Shown one piece after another: positions 48,089-58,532 of a stretch of DNA of 64,000 nucleotides. How positions within the stretch are numbered: the first letter of the stretch is position 1; each line of letters begins with the position of its first letter. The notes below the pieces were generated by a model that was not told the origin of the DNA, made no database searches, and saw nothing but the letters and a program-made list of their open reading frames with translations. The stretch spans positions 320,001-384,000 of the forward strand of contig CAVYNH010000004.1 in assembly GCA_963769885.1 (NCBI GenBank), written 5' to 3'. The position numbers and the translations under genes were made by a program. This stretch comes from Methanobacteriota archaeon. GTDB taxonomy: Archaea > Thermoplasmatota > E2 > DHVEG-1.

Positions 48089-49131
48089 CCGAGGTCGAAC
48101 GGCTGCTTCGCTGGATGCCAGTCGAGGTTGATCCATCGAATCGGCGACTTCAACCAGGGGAATGTTCGGGTTCCGTGGATGATGACGGGCATGCCGAAGG
48201 GATGGCGTGCCCAGCAGTTCCCCTGCCAGTGGTTTTTCGAGGAGTTTTCGAACCAGGCGTCGACCTGATTGTGCAGGAAATTGTTGGTAGTGATGACCGT
48301 GCTATTGGAGTAGCGGAGGGAGATGCCAGGGTTGCTGCCGTTGATCTCGTTGCGGGTGATGACGGTCCCATCGGCATGGGTGAGGACGATGCCGTATTGG
48401 GAGTCGTTGATGAAGTGGTTGTCGTGGATGGAGTTGTTGTTGGCGTGCGTCCAGAGGCCGACGCCGCTGTAGGGGCAGTCAGTGATGGTGTTGGAGTCGA
48501 CCTCGTTGTTCGTGGAGTTCGGCCAGATGCTGACACCGGCGTCGTGGTTCTTTGAGAAGGTGTTGTGCGTGACGTGGGTGAGGGTGGACATGGAGATGAC
48601 GACGGAGCAGTGGCCGTTATGGGTGATAAGGTTGTTCCGGATGAGAATGGTGGATGAGTTGCGGAGGTAGATGCCTTCGTTGCCGTTGTCGTAGATGGTG
48701 TTGTTGTGGGCGGTGCAGTTCTGTGAGTTGTTGAAGAAGATGCCGACGGCGTAGGCGCCGGCGTCCCTGACGATGGTGTCGTGCACGCAGGAGTTCGCCG
48801 TCTGGAGGTAGATGTCGGCGTTGAGCATGGGGGCGGGGCCGCTGTGCTGGACCGTGAGCCCGGTGATGGTGCAGGTGGTGGCGTGGATGGTGATGACGTC
48901 GCCGGTGCCGTTGCCGTCGATGATGGTGGTTGCTTTGGCTTCGCCGCGGAGGGTGAGGGGGATGGTGACGATGGGGTGTTCGTAGTAGGGTGCGTGGTCG
49001 TCGTAGATGTAGACGGTATCACCGGGGGTGGCGGCGTCGATGGCTGCTTGGATGGTGGTGTAGTTGCAAGGTCCGCTGCCGCCGACGTACAGGATTGTTG
49101 GCGTCTGTTGAGCGCTTGGTACTCTAGGCAT
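48085..49131 (-). CDS. Secreted parallel beta-helix (NosD-like) protein
   Basis: YVGGSGP.NYTTIQAAID, N/T/I-rich coils; hydrophobic in-frame stretch upstream makes the start uncertain. Confidence 0.8.
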   Translation of the reverse strand: MPRVPSAQQTPTILYVGGSGPCNYTTIQAAIDAATPGDTVYIYDDHAPYYEHPIVTIPLTLRGEAKATTIIDGNGTGDVITIHATTCTITGLTVQHSGPAPMLNADIYLQTANSCVHDTIVRDAGAYAVGIFFNNSQNCTAHNNTIYDNGNEGIYLRNSSTILIRNNLITHNGHCSVVISMSTLTHVTHNTFSKNHDAGVSIWPNSTNNEVDSNTITDCPYSGVGLWTHANNNSIHDNHFINDSQYGIVLTHADGTVITRNEINGSNPGISLRYSNSTVITTNNFLHNQVDAWFENSSKNHWQGNCWARHPFGMPVIIHGTRTFPWLKSPIRWINLDWHPAKQPFDLG

Positions 49132-49219
49132 GAGTGCCGTCGTGAAAAGGAAGAAAAAAAGAAGGAGGGTGGCTGCCGTGTTACAGCTAGGGCTTTGATG
49201 AGTATGATGCTGTCTGTGG

Positions 49220-50239
49220 TTAGATGAGCCGTGGAACGTTGAAGAAGATCCTCCCTGGCGTGACGACGGTTTTGGCGTAGTCCGCTCTGATGGTGACGGT
49301 GATGCGGCCGAGGCCGTAGAATGGTCTGCCGGTGCAGAAGGTGAAGGATTCGCCGGGTGTGAGGCGGGGGATGCTGCCGGCGGAGCCGGCGTTGATGTTG
49401 TGGAAGATGCCGCCTTTGACGTCGATGTGCCAGTGGAGGGATTCGATGGTGGTGTTGCCGATGTTGGTGAGGCTGGCGATGATCTTTCCTTGGGCTGCTT
49501 TGATGTCGATGATCTTGATGCCGGTGAGGTTCATGGTGACGGGGATGTCGAGGCTGCCGGCGTTGCTGGTGAGGGTGATGGTGGTCTCGTAGGCGGTGGG
49601 GGTGAGGCCGTTTGTGATAGCGGTGACGTTGATGAGGTCTGGTTCGCCGATGGAGGAGCCGTTGGTGGGGGTAACCTGGAGCCAGGGGGCGTTTTCTTCG
49701 AGGGTGTAGGTGAGGGTGCCGATGCCGAGGTTTTGGATGGTGAGGAAGGCGGTGGCGTTGGCGCCGTTGGGGACGAAGCCGTAGTCGATGGCGGTGGGGG
49801 TGCAGGAGAGGGTGGTCTGTGTGTAGAGGACGATGGTGAAGTTGGCCCAGAAGATGCCGTTGCCGCCGTCGGAGGTGATGTTAATGGCGCAGGGGTAGTG
49901 GCCAAGGGGTAGGGTTGCGGTGTCGATGGTGACGGTGATGTTGTCGTGTTCGCCGTCCGAGGTGCCGCTGAGGGGGTAGACGGTGACGTAGGAGTAGTTT
50001 TCTGAGAGGCTGTACGTGAGGGTGCAGCAGCCGCCGCCTTTCCAAATCTGGAAGGTGGTGTTGAGGATGGGTCCGGCGAGGAGGTTGCCGAAGTCGTGGA
50101 AGATGGGGTCGTAGACGAGGGCCCCCCGTGTGGTTGGCGGTTGTGGTTGGCTCGTGGTTTTGGCCATGCCGATGGCGCTGACGGCAGCGATGAGACAGAG
50201 CAAGCCTATGGTGCAGGTCTTTATCTTCAGGTGGGTCAT
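49220..50239 (-). CDS. Secreted protein with two Ig-like (BACON-type) repeats and a lineage-typical C-terminal domain
   Basis: Signal peptide at MTHLKIK, duplicated LTY.L.EN...V.P..G.S.GE.D.I.VT. Confidence 0.75.
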   Translation of the reverse strand: MTHLKIKTCTIGLLCLIAAVSAIGMAKTTSQPQPPTTRGALVYDPIFHDFGNLLAGPILNTTFQIWKGGGCCTLTYSLSENYSYVTVYPLSGTSDGEHDNITVTIDTATLPLGHYPCAINITSDGGNGIFWANFTIVLYTQTTLSCTPTAIDYGFVPNGANATAFLTIQNLGIGTLTYTLEENAPWLQVTPTNGSSIGEPDLINVTAITNGLTPTAYETTITLTSNAGSLDIPVTMNLTGIKIIDIKAAQGKIIASLTNIGNTTIESLHWHIDVKGGIFHNINAGSAGSIPRLTPGESFTFCTGRPFYGLGRITVTIRADYAKTVVTPGRIFFNVPRLI

Positions 50240-50255
50240 CGTTTTTCCTCTCCCT

Positions 50256-52136
50256 TTAACGGTGGAAACATCCTCCTTGTTCTTTATTAAATTTTCCGTG
50301 AAAACCGGGGGTGTCAGGGGAGAAGAGGGGGCGGGGGTCGATGTTCCAGCGTAGGGAGGCGGGCTGGCCTGGTGGGGTGTATTTGCCTTGGATGAGGGCG
50401 AGGAGGTGGGGGCGGCCCCAGTAGTTGCGGGTCCAGGTGTTGTGGCAGGCGTCCGAGGTGGGGCCGAGGAAGTAGGCGTTGAGCTTGTAGTTGTCCAAGT
50501 TGTTGTGGGTGACGGTGACGGCGGTGGCGTTGTAGAGGCGGATGCCATACTGGTTGTCCTGGAGGGTGTTGTGGGTGATGGTGACGGTGTGGGTGTTGTG
50601 CAGGCTGATGCCGTGGAGGTTCTCCTGCAGGAGGGTGTCGGTGATGGTGACGTTTGAGGTGGTGAGGGTGAGGATGCCGTAGTGGCCGTTTTGGATGGTG
50701 AAGGAGGTGATGGTGCAGTCGGGGTGGGTGACGGTGATGCCGTCGTCGTAGCCGGCGCCGTCGATGATCGTGGTCGTTTGGCTTGCGCCTTGGAGGGTGA
50801 GGGCCTTGGGCAGGGTGACGCCGCCGGGGTAGGTTCCGGGGTAGACGTAGATGGTGTCGCCGTCGGAGGCGTTCTCGACGGCGGCGGGGATGGTGGTGTA
50901 GTTGCCGGGGCCGCTGCCGCCGACGTACAGGGTCTTGGGGGTGACGGCGAGGGTGGTTCCAGTGAGGTTCACGGGTGGGACGGCGGCCGGGGTTTTGTCC
51001 CAGGTGAGGACGGGGAGGTTGTGGCCGTTGCGTTTGAGCCGGCCGGGGATGAGGTAGGGGCGGCTGCGGGGTTTTGACCAGTAGTTGTCAGAGAAGTGGG
51101 TAGTGCGTTGGAGAAGGGTGGCGGTGATGGTGTAGGCGTCGTTTTTGAGGTTTTGGAAGGTATTGTTATAGATCTGGGTGTGGTTTGTGTATTCGAGGAG
51201 GAGGCCGTCGTCGTTTCCCTGCAGGAGGTTGAGCGTGATGTTCGTGTGGGTGGATTGTGAGAGGTAGAGGCCGGTGCTGTCGGCGTTGGTGATGGTGTTG
51301 TGTTGTATTTGTGTTCCGGTGCAGTCGTAGATCCAGGTGTTCATCCAGCGGGCGTTGGTGATGCGGTTGTTGGTGATGAGGAGGTTGGTGCAGAGGATGG
51401 CGATGAGGTTGGTGCTGCTGCCGTGGATGATGTTGCTGCCGATGGAGGAAGCGTTGAGGTGGTCGACTTGGATGCCGTTCCATTTGCAGGCGAGGGTGTT
51501 GTTGTGGATGTTGATGGTGTCGTCGTAGGAGCAGTAGATGCCGGTGTCGTCGTTGATGAACTGGCTGTCTCTGATTTCGTTGTCTGTGGTATTGAGGATG
51601 GTGACGCCTGTTTTGCAGTCTTGGAGGGTGTTTCCTTTGAAGAAGTTGTGGTCGGCGCCGTTGGCGGCGAGGATGCCGATGGAGGCGTTGGCGATGATGA
51701 GGCCGGAAAGCCAGACGACGTGGGCGGGGTCGACGGTCAGTGAGATGCCGGCGTCCATCGCGGCGAGTCCGCTGTTGCGGATGGTGAAATTGGTGATTTG
51801 GACGGCGAGCGTGAGGATGGTGACGACGGTGCCGGTGTAGTTCCCGTCGATGACCGTGGTCGTGTTCGATTCCCCCTTGAGGGTGATGCCCCAGGTCTGC
51901 ATGGTGAGGTGCTCGTAGTAGGGCGAGGAGTCGGCAAAGACGTACACGCTGTCCCCTGTTTGTGCGGCATCGAGGGCGCCTTGGATGGTGGTGTAGTTGC
52001 CGGGGCCGCTGCCGCCGACGTACAGGGTCGTGCTGCGGGGGATTCCGCTCGCGTTTCCTGGCAGAGTAAAGGGTAGCGTACTGACCAGGATGACGAGCAC
52101 GAAAAAACTTTTGCCGGTTGTCTTCGGGGACGCCAT
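50256..52136 (-). CDS. Secreted protein with two tandem NosD-like beta-helix modules
   Basis: Signal peptide; LYVGGSGPGNYTTI occurs twice; NYW..P..I.G motifs. Confidence 0.82.
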   Translation of the reverse strand: MASPKTTGKSFFVLVILVSTLPFTLPGNASGIPRSTTLYVGGSGPGNYTTIQGALDAAQTGDSVYVFADSSPYYEHLTMQTWGITLKGESNTTTVIDGNYTGTVVTILTLAVQITNFTIRNSGLAAMDAGISLTVDPAHVVWLSGLIIANASIGILAANGADHNFFKGNTLQDCKTGVTILNTTDNEIRDSQFINDDTGIYCSYDDTINIHNNTLACKWNGIQVDHLNASSIGSNIIHGSSTNLIAILCTNLLITNNRITNARWMNTWIYDCTGTQIQHNTITNADSTGLYLSQSTHTNITLNLLQGNDDGLLLEYTNHTQIYNNTFQNLKNDAYTITATLLQRTTHFSDNYWSKPRSRPYLIPGRLKRNGHNLPVLTWDKTPAAVPPVNLTGTTLAVTPKTLYVGGSGPGNYTTIPAAVENASDGDTIYVYPGTYPGGVTLPKALTLQGASQTTTIIDGAGYDDGITVTHPDCTITSFTIQNGHYGILTLTTSNVTITDTLLQENLHGISLHNTHTVTITHNTLQDNQYGIRLYNATAVTVTHNNLDNYKLNAYFLGPTSDACHNTWTRNYWGRPHLLALIQGKYTPPGQPASLRWNIDPRPLFSPDTPGFHGKFNKEQGGCFHR

Positions 52137-52255
52137 ACCAACCCTTACGAAGAGTAAAACTCCAACTGATTATATATAAATATTTGTTTTAGGATTAATA
52201 TAAAGGCTTGGGCGAGGGAAAAGGTAAGAAACGGGGATTGGTTCCTTGCTAGTAC

Positions 52256-52951
52256 GTGCATGAGGCTTCCCCCAGTATCTCAATCATCGTACCGGTATTG
52301 CATGAAGAGAAGGCTATCAACTCCTTCTTGACCGAGCTTCGGAAGCTTCAAGGCTTTGAATCCTGCGAGATCATCGTTGTTGACGACAGCTCAAGGCATG
52401 AGACTATTGATGTGATCTCGGACACCACTATCCAAAAACTCGTGACACATGCTGGTCGAGGTCATCAGATGAACGTCGGCGCCAGTCATGCCCGGGGGGA
52501 CATCCTCCTCTTTCTCCATGCAGATACCCGCCTGCCGAGAGAAGCGTTCTCGCTCATCCGAGAATCTCTGCGAGACTTAAGTATCTCTGGTGGAGCGTTC
52601 CGTCTCGCTATCGATAGCCCGGACCCGCGCCTGCGTCTCATCGCCCGCCTGACCACGCTCCGCTCGCGGATCACGAAGATTCCCTTCGGCGACCAAGCCA
52701 TATTCATCCGCAAAATCGTCTTCGACGCGCTTGGTGGCTATCGCGAGATCCCGGTGATGGAGGACCTTGACCTCATGCGTCGCCTGCGATTTGCTCGGTA
52801 TCTAGTGGCTATCTTGCCCCTGGCGGTTTTCACGTCCTCGCGGCGATGGGAACGTGAGGGAATCGTCCTGGGCACGCTTCGAAATTGGGTTCTCCGCGGC
52901 TTGTATTATCTCGGCGTCCCGCCCTTCGTGCTTGTCGCATGGTATCGATAA
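52256..52951 (+). CDS. GT2 glycosyltransferase, TIGR04283-like (rSAM/arsenosugar-associated)
   Basis: GRGHQMNVGA, LLFLHADT, PFGDQAIF, MEDLDL, TSSRRWE. Confidence 0.88.
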   Translation: MHEASPSISIIVPVLHEEKAINSFLTELRKLQGFESCEIIVVDDSSRHETIDVISDTTIQKLVTHAGRGHQMNVGASHARGDILLFLHADTRLPREAFSLIRESLRDLSISGGAFRLAIDSPDPRLRLIARLTTLRSRITKIPFGDQAIFIRKIVFDALGGYREIPVMEDLDLMRRLRFARYLVAILPLAVFTSSRRWEREGIVLGTLRNWVLRGLYYLGVPPFVLVAWYR

Positions 52952-52969
52952 AAAATTATTCTCGTGTTT

Positions 52970-53872
52970 TTACCAGGCGTCTCGCGGATTCCGGGGAATG
53001 ATGACCCATAGGACCACGTAGCCAAGGATGAACACGCCGAAAGAAAGGACCGCCCCCAGGACAAAGAGAACGCGGACGATGACCGGGTCGATATGGAGAT
53101 ACTCCGCGATGCCGCCGCAGACGCCGCCTAGAATCCGCTCTTTCCCTGAACGGTACAGCCGATCCGACGGGACCCATCCTTCAGCCCTGGGTGGTGCCGG
53201 CTGGAACGGATGCTCTGGCGGCTGCGGGGTACGCGGCGGTGCCGGTGGTGACGGTGGCTCGTGCCACAGCTGAGAAATGAGGAGCCCGACGTACCCAAGA
53301 ATCAGGATAAGCAACGTCAACGGTATTACCAGGAGCACGAACTGATCGGCGATCATCGCAAACGTCGAGTTCGACTGCCCTCTCGCAAGCGTCACCAGGA
53401 ACCGGCTGACGAGCCAGAACAGGATGAAGAAGATCCCCGCGCCGACAAGAGGGGAAACCCACCGGAAGGGCGGGAATTTCCGTGCGAGGTACGAGCTGTA
53501 GCCGCTGATGATCATCAGGCCGAAGAAGAGCGCGAGGTTCTCCCGAAGGAAAGCCGCGACCTGGGCATCGACTGGCGTCATCGGCGCCAGCGCATCTAGC
53601 AGCACAATCACCACAAAGAGGACAATGAAGCCGATGATGCTGCCGATCAACGGGCCGAAAATGCCGAACGTCCGGTCGTAGCGCGACTCCGCGGCCGTCC
53701 GCCGCTCGCGGAACGCATGGTCGATGCGTCTGCCGAGATGGTCGATCTCCCGGCTCACCTGATCGAGGTTACGTTCGAGACGAGACGTCGTAGACGGTAG
53801 GGCTGCCCCACATTTACTGCAGAACAAGGCATCCGGCGGACTTTCGGTACCGCACTGCGAACAATAGACCAT
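52970..53872 (-). CDS. Zinc-ribbon / membrane / PspC-domain protein
   Basis: YCSQCG...FCSKCG; LYRSGKERILGGVCGGIAEYL. Confidence 0.88.
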   Translation of the reverse strand: MVYCSQCGTESPPDALFCSKCGAALPSTTSRLERNLDQVSREIDHLGRRIDHAFRERRTAAESRYDRTFGIFGPLIGSIIGFIVLFVVIVLLDALAPMTPVDAQVAAFLRENLALFFGLMIISGYSSYLARKFPPFRWVSPLVGAGIFFILFWLVSRFLVTLARGQSNSTFAMIADQFVLLVIPLTLLILILGYVGLLISQLWHEPPSPPAPPRTPQPPEHPFQPAPPRAEGWVPSDRLYRSGKERILGGVCGGIAEYLHIDPVIVRVLFVLGAVLSFGVFILGYVVLWVIIPRNPRDAW

Positions 53873-53964
53873 TGCTTCTTAGTGGCACGAATCAGGGAGC
53901 CGTCATAAAAAGCCTTTGATATGACCAAGCTTTAAGTAAACCCCAGAGGTTCTCTCACCGTACC

Positions 53965-54948
53965 ATGGGACCCACGCCACCGCCATCCCAGCCCAACGAC
54001 TTCCACCAAGTCACCACCCAGCTCCTCACCACCCCCCTCACCTGCACCAGCCTCGACACCCTCCAACTCAACCTCGGACGCCGCTGCAACCAATCCTGCA
54101 CTCACTGCCACCACCAGGCCTCACCAGACCGCACCGAAACCATGCCACTACAAGTCATCCACCGCATCCTTCGCTTCCTCCCCACCACCCCAGTAAAAGC
54201 CGTAGACATCACCGGCGGCGCCCCGGAACTCCACCCCCACCTCCGCACCCTTATCACCCACCTCACCGAACGAGGCTACCCCGTCACCCTCCGCACCAAC
54301 CTCACCGCCCTCACCCTCCCCACCTCAACAGGACTGCCCGAATTCCTCAAAGACCACCACGTCACCCTCATCGCCTCTCTCCCCTGCTACCTCCAAGAAA
54401 ACGTCGACGCCCAACGCGGCCCCGGCGCCTACCACAAAAGCATCGACATGCTCACCGTCCTCAACCGCCTCGGCTACGGCATCGACCCCCAACTCCCCCT
54501 CGGCCTCGTCCACAACCCCACCATCCACACCCTCCCCACACCACAAGACCAACTCGAAACCGACTACCGCCGAGAACTCCAAGCCCGCCACGGCATCCAG
54601 TTCACCAGCCTCCTCACCATCACCAACATGCCCATCGGCCGGTTCCTCAACAACCTCCAAGCCCACCACCACAACCACCACTACCACCATCTCCTCCGCT
54701 CTAGCTTCAACCCCCAGACCCTCCCCGGCCTCATGTGCCAACACCAACTCTGCGTCCGCTGGGACGGCCGCCTCTACGACTGCGACTTCAACCTCGCCCA
54801 AGACCTCCCCATCACCAGCCCCAACATAACCATCGACACCGCCACCCTCCACGACCTCATCCCCAGGCCCGTCACCACCGCGGACCACTGCTTCGGCTGC
54901 ACCGCCGGCCGCGGCTCATCCTGCCAAGGAGCACTCGTCACCCCATGA
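53965..54948 (+). CDS. arsS: Radical SAM protein ArsS (TIGR04167-like, Cys-rich C-terminus)
   Basis: LQLNLGRRCNQSCTHCH, DITGGAPELHP, ASLPCY, YDCDFN, HCFGCTAGRGSSCQGAL. Confidence 0.9.
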   Translation: MGPTPPPSQPNDFHQVTTQLLTTPLTCTSLDTLQLNLGRRCNQSCTHCHHQASPDRTETMPLQVIHRILRFLPTTPVKAVDITGGAPELHPHLRTLITHLTERGYPVTLRTNLTALTLPTSTGLPEFLKDHHVTLIASLPCYLQENVDAQRGPGAYHKSIDMLTVLNRLGYGIDPQLPLGLVHNPTIHTLPTPQDQLETDYRRELQARHGIQFTSLLTITNMPIGRFLNNLQAHHHNHHYHHLLRSSFNPQTLPGLMCQHQLCVRWDGRLYDCDFNLAQDLPITSPNITIDTATLHDLIPRPVTTADHCFGCTAGRGSSCQGALVTP

Positions 54949-55646
54949 CCAACCCACCACACGACGACAAGAAGACACGACTCTGGTGGCGCCCCACCAG
55001 CCTCCTCCTCGCCGTCATCACCATCTTCATCGTCGCCACGATCCTGGGCCTCGACCGCTACCTCCAAGGCATCCAACCCTGGATCACCAACCTGGGTCCA
55101 TGGGGCGTCATCGCCTTCTTCTTCATCTACCTCGCCGCCGTCATCCTCGCCGTCCCCGCCACCCCCCTCGGCCTGCTCGCCGGCGCCCTCTTCGGATCAC
55201 TGCAGGGCGTCATCCTCATCAGCATCAGCAGCACCATCGGCGCAGCCCTCACCTTCCTCATCGCCCGCTACTTCGCACGCGACTCCATCACCCAATGGCT
55301 CGCCACCAACAACCGCTACCGCCGCCTCGACAACCTCACCAAAAAACACGGCATGATCATGGTCGCCATCGCCAGACTCGTCCCCTTCTTCCCCTTCAAC
55401 ATCATCAACTACGCCTTCGGCCTCACCGCCGTCAAATTCCGCACCTACCTCTTCTGGAGCTGGCTGTGCATGCTCCCCGGCACCATCCTCTTCGTCGTCG
55501 GCGCCGACGCCATCAAACAAGGCCTCACCACCGGACACATCCCCCTCACCCTCATCCTCATCATCACCCTCGCTGCCATCGCCACCATCCTCCTCGCCCT
55601 CCTCGCCAACCGCTACCTCAAACACCGCACCCCACCACGAGACTAA
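54945..55646 (+). CDS. TVP38/TMEM64 (DedA-superfamily) membrane protein
   Basis: AGALFG, FLIARYFAR, RLVPFFPFNIINYAFGLT. Confidence 0.9.
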   Translation: MTNPPHDDKKTRLWWRPTSLLLAVITIFIVATILGLDRYLQGIQPWITNLGPWGVIAFFFIYLAAVILAVPATPLGLLAGALFGSLQGVILISISSTIGAALTFLIARYFARDSITQWLATNNRYRRLDNLTKKHGMIMVAIARLVPFFPFNIINYAFGLTAVKFRTYLFWSWLCMLPGTILFVVGADAIKQGLTTGHIPLTLILIITLAAIATILLALLANRYLKHRTPPRD

Positions 55647-55651
55647 CCACC

Positions 55652-56476
55652 ATGACTCGATCCCTCGCCGCCCGCCGCTACCTCCTCATCCGCGGACCAC
55701 AACAGACACAACGACGCCTCATCCAAGCCACCTACACCGCCCTCAAACGCCGCCAGCACCCAGACCTCGCCCCTCTCATGGAATACCCCCTAAAGACCCA
55801 AGCTTCCCTCCTCTTCTACCCCGGCTGCTCCATCTACTCCCCCACCACCACCCGCAACACCCTACGAATCCTTGACCACCTCGACATCCCGTACCAGACC
55901 CTCGGCGGCCTCACCTACTGCTGCGGCCTCCCCCACCGCCTCCAAGGACAAACCAAAAAAGCAGACGCCTGCACCACCAGACTCACAACAGCAATCAACA
56001 CAGTCAACCCCCAGACCATCATCACCAGCTGCCTCGAATGCCTCGAAGCACTTCAACACATCAAAACCCAGACCAACGCCCCCTACGAAATCCTCCACAC
56101 CCTCGAACTCATCCACCAACACCAAGCCAAATTCCCCCACACCCACACAGACACGCCGCTCCTCCTCCACGAACCCTGCCGCCTCACCCCCCGCCTCAGA
56201 ACCACCATCATCGACCTCGCCGCCAGCCTCGGCCAACACCCCATCCTCCTCCCCCCCACCACCCAAAGCTGCTGCAAACGATGGACCCACAACCCCCGCA
56301 CCATCGCCACCCACCACCACGCCTACCTCACCACCGCAGCCGCCCACCACGCCACCATCATCTGCCCCTGCCTCACCTGCCTCGAAGCCTTCAAAAAAAC
56401 ACACCCCACAGCCCCCCTCACCGACCTCATCGACCTCTATGCCACAAGCCTTCCCGCCAAGGAGGCCACACCATGA
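55652..56476 (+). CDS. CCG-domain Fe-S protein (HdrB/GlpC-like, two Cys-rich domains)
   Basis: FYPGC...YCCG...TSCLEC and HEPC...SCCK...PCLTC. Confidence 0.75.
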   Translation: MTRSLAARRYLLIRGPQQTQRRLIQATYTALKRRQHPDLAPLMEYPLKTQASLLFYPGCSIYSPTTTRNTLRILDHLDIPYQTLGGLTYCCGLPHRLQGQTKKADACTTRLTTAINTVNPQTIITSCLECLEALQHIKTQTNAPYEILHTLELIHQHQAKFPHTHTDTPLLLHEPCRLTPRLRTTIIDLAASLGQHPILLPPTTQSCCKRWTHNPRTIATHHHAYLTTAAAHHATIICPCLTCLEAFKKTHPTAPLTDLIDLYATSLPAKEATP

Positions 56477-57144
56477 GTGAAACCCGCATCCTCCTCTACG
56501 TTAAGTACCCGGACCCAGGCCACGTCAAACAACGCCTCATCCCCCTATTGACCCCCCAAGCCGCCGCCGACCTCTACCGCTGCTTCGTCGCCGACACCCT
56601 CGCCACCCTCCACCGCCTCCCCCACCCATTCACCATCTGCTACAACCCCACACACTCGCAACATGACTATGAAGCCTGGCTCGGACCCCATGACTATCAG
56701 CCCCAAGACGGCCCCGACCTCGGCGCCCGCATGCACCACAGCTTCACCCACGCCTTCACCACAGGTACCGACAAGGCTGTACTCATCGGCAGTGACACCC
56801 CCGACCTCCCACCAAAACTCATCCAACAAGCCGTTGACTGCCTCAACACCCACGACATCGTCCTCGGCCCCGCCCTCGACGGCGGCTACTACCTTATCGC
56901 CTGCAAACAAGACCGCTACCTCTCCGACCTCTTCACCAACATCCCCTGGAGCACCCCCACCGTCCTCCAAACAACACTCGACACTATCCACCGCAACCAC
57001 CACACCGTCTTCCAGATTCCAACCTGGCAAGACATTGATACCCCAAAAGACCTCAACCGCCTCATCCAGCGCAACCAACAAACAGCCTTTAAATCCTCAC
57101 AAACGTTCACTTACCTTACGAACCTGGAACAACAACTCCTATGA
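56473..57144 (+). CDS. TIGR04282-like (DUF2064) glycosyltransferase-fold protein
   Basis: KYPDPGHVKQRL, DLGARM, LIGSDTP, LGPALDGGYYLI, IPWST, DIDT. Confidence 0.9.
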   Translation: MSETRILLYVKYPDPGHVKQRLIPLLTPQAAADLYRCFVADTLATLHRLPHPFTICYNPTHSQHDYEAWLGPHDYQPQDGPDLGARMHHSFTHAFTTGTDKAVLIGSDTPDLPPKLIQQAVDCLNTHDIVLGPALDGGYYLIACKQDRYLSDLFTNIPWSTPTVLQTTLDTIHRNHHTVFQIPTWQDIDTPKDLNRLIQRNQQTAFKSSQTFTYLTNLEQQLL

Positions 57145-57605
57145 AAAAACCCCCCACCGACCCCGACATCACCCTCACCCGCCCCCACTTCCTCCTCTAC
57201 ACCGGATTCCTCACCCTGGCCGCCGTCTCCCTCTACCTCGCCTTCGTCGAAGCCGAACTCGCCTACCTCGGCTATATCTGGAAATACTCCACCCACTACG
57301 TCTACCAGATAGGCGTCTACACCGCCGCCCTCTTCATCGCCGCCGTCTTCCTCATCCAAAGCTGCCTCCTCCTCGCCCGCCACCGACCTTACGCGACCAT
57401 CCCCGGGCTCTTCGGCTGCCTCATCCTCGTCGTCTTCCCCGCCTACCTCCTCGCCATCAACCCGGAGCATACCGTCCCCGTCTTCGTCCTCATCGCCCCC
57501 GCCCTCCTCCTACTCCTGCTCAGCATCCTAATCTGGAAAAAACCGCCCTTAAAGACGCCGCCACCACCAGAGCATCCCAAGAAACACAACACCGGCGAAC
57601 AGTAA
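57141..57605 (+). CDS. Hypothetical four-TM membrane protein
   Basis: ATGA coupling to the upstream gene; hydrophobic. Confidence 0.6.
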   Translation: MKKPPTDPDITLTRPHFLLYTGFLTLAAVSLYLAFVEAELAYLGYIWKYSTHYVYQIGVYTAALFIAAVFLIQSCLLLARHRPYATIPGLFGCLILVVFPAYLLAINPEHTVPVFVLIAPALLLLLLSILIWKKPPLKTPPPPEHPKKHNTGEQ

Positions 57606-58418
57606 GCCGACGGCAACGAACGGGTTCAATTCTTCTTCGATACTTTGCGTATTTCCGGAAAAAACATTGTCTACCAGACTCACATGAAACAGCGGAGGCG
57701 GCACGTGAACTCCGATGTTGTTGCCTTCGAATCGATTACCGGTGACGGTAATGTCCGAGGAATCCCGGATATTGATGCCGCAGAAGCCGTTGCGGGCGAA
57801 GGTGTTATTCAAGATGCGGTTCCCGTTTGACGCCTCATACAGCCCACAGCCGTTGAACGGGTTGTCGGCAAAGGTGTTGCCGCGGATAAGATTGTTTGAG
57901 GAATGAGGGAAATAAATCCCGCATCTATGGTTCGCATAGATATGGTCTGCCTCGAAGACGGCCCCGGATGTCGACCAGCCGAGGATCGCTCCGTAAAAAT
58001 CATCGGTCAGTGTAACGTCAATGATATGAGTATGATTTGCCTGGACCATGATGCCGGCTCGAGGGAACATCAGCTGGCTTCCCACGACAGTTAGATTACG
58101 GATGATGACGTCATCTGCTGCTACGGTGACAACGTTGCCTTGCCTGCTACCGTTAATGATTGTGGAGTTTTGGCCGCTGCCCCACAACTCCAGGGGCTTG
58201 TCAATGACGATGGTCTCATGGTATTCCCCTGGATGAATAACGATACGGCTACCGAGTGTGGCATTGGCGATGGCCTCGGTGATGGTGGTGTAGTTCCCGG
58301 CTCCTGAACCCCCGACTTGAAGGATGGTCGGATCGCTGGCATGGACGGTGGTACTTAGGCTCATGCCGAGGAGAAGGAACAGTCCGATGCCGGTCAGGAG
58401 GACGATGTGCCTTGTCAT
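57549..58418 (-). CDS. NosD-like beta-helix protein with C-terminal TM anchor
   Basis: Signal peptide, VGGSGAGNYTTI, C-terminal TM ending WWWRRL. Confidence 0.8.
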   Translation of the reverse strand: MTRHIVLLTGIGLFLLLGMSLSTTVHASDPTILQVGGSGAGNYTTITEAIANATLGSRIVIHPGEYHETIVIDKPLELWGSGQNSTIINGSRQGNVVTVAADDVIIRNLTVVGSQLMFPRAGIMVQANHTHIIDVTLTDDFYGAILGWSTSGAVFEADHIYANHRCGIYFPHSSNNLIRGNTFADNPFNGCGLYEASNGNRILNNTFARNGFCGINIRDSSDITVTGNRFEGNNIGVHVPPPLFHVSLVDNVFSGNTQSIEEELNPFVAVGLLFAGVVFLGMLWWWRRL

Positions 58419-58532
58419 GCTGGCTGTCTGGGGTTATCGAATGAACGGACATATAGTTTACCCCGGGCGTGTGCCGCAACCTTTTTCACACGGGAGCCGT
58501 TTCCAGGGAGAAAACATTGGGAGTGATTTGAG

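Noticed and set aside
5900-57750. Many long alternative-frame and antisense ORFs rich in P/T/S/H or G/V/E/D
   Set aside because: Shadows of real genes caused by high GC and extreme strand skew suppressing stop codons
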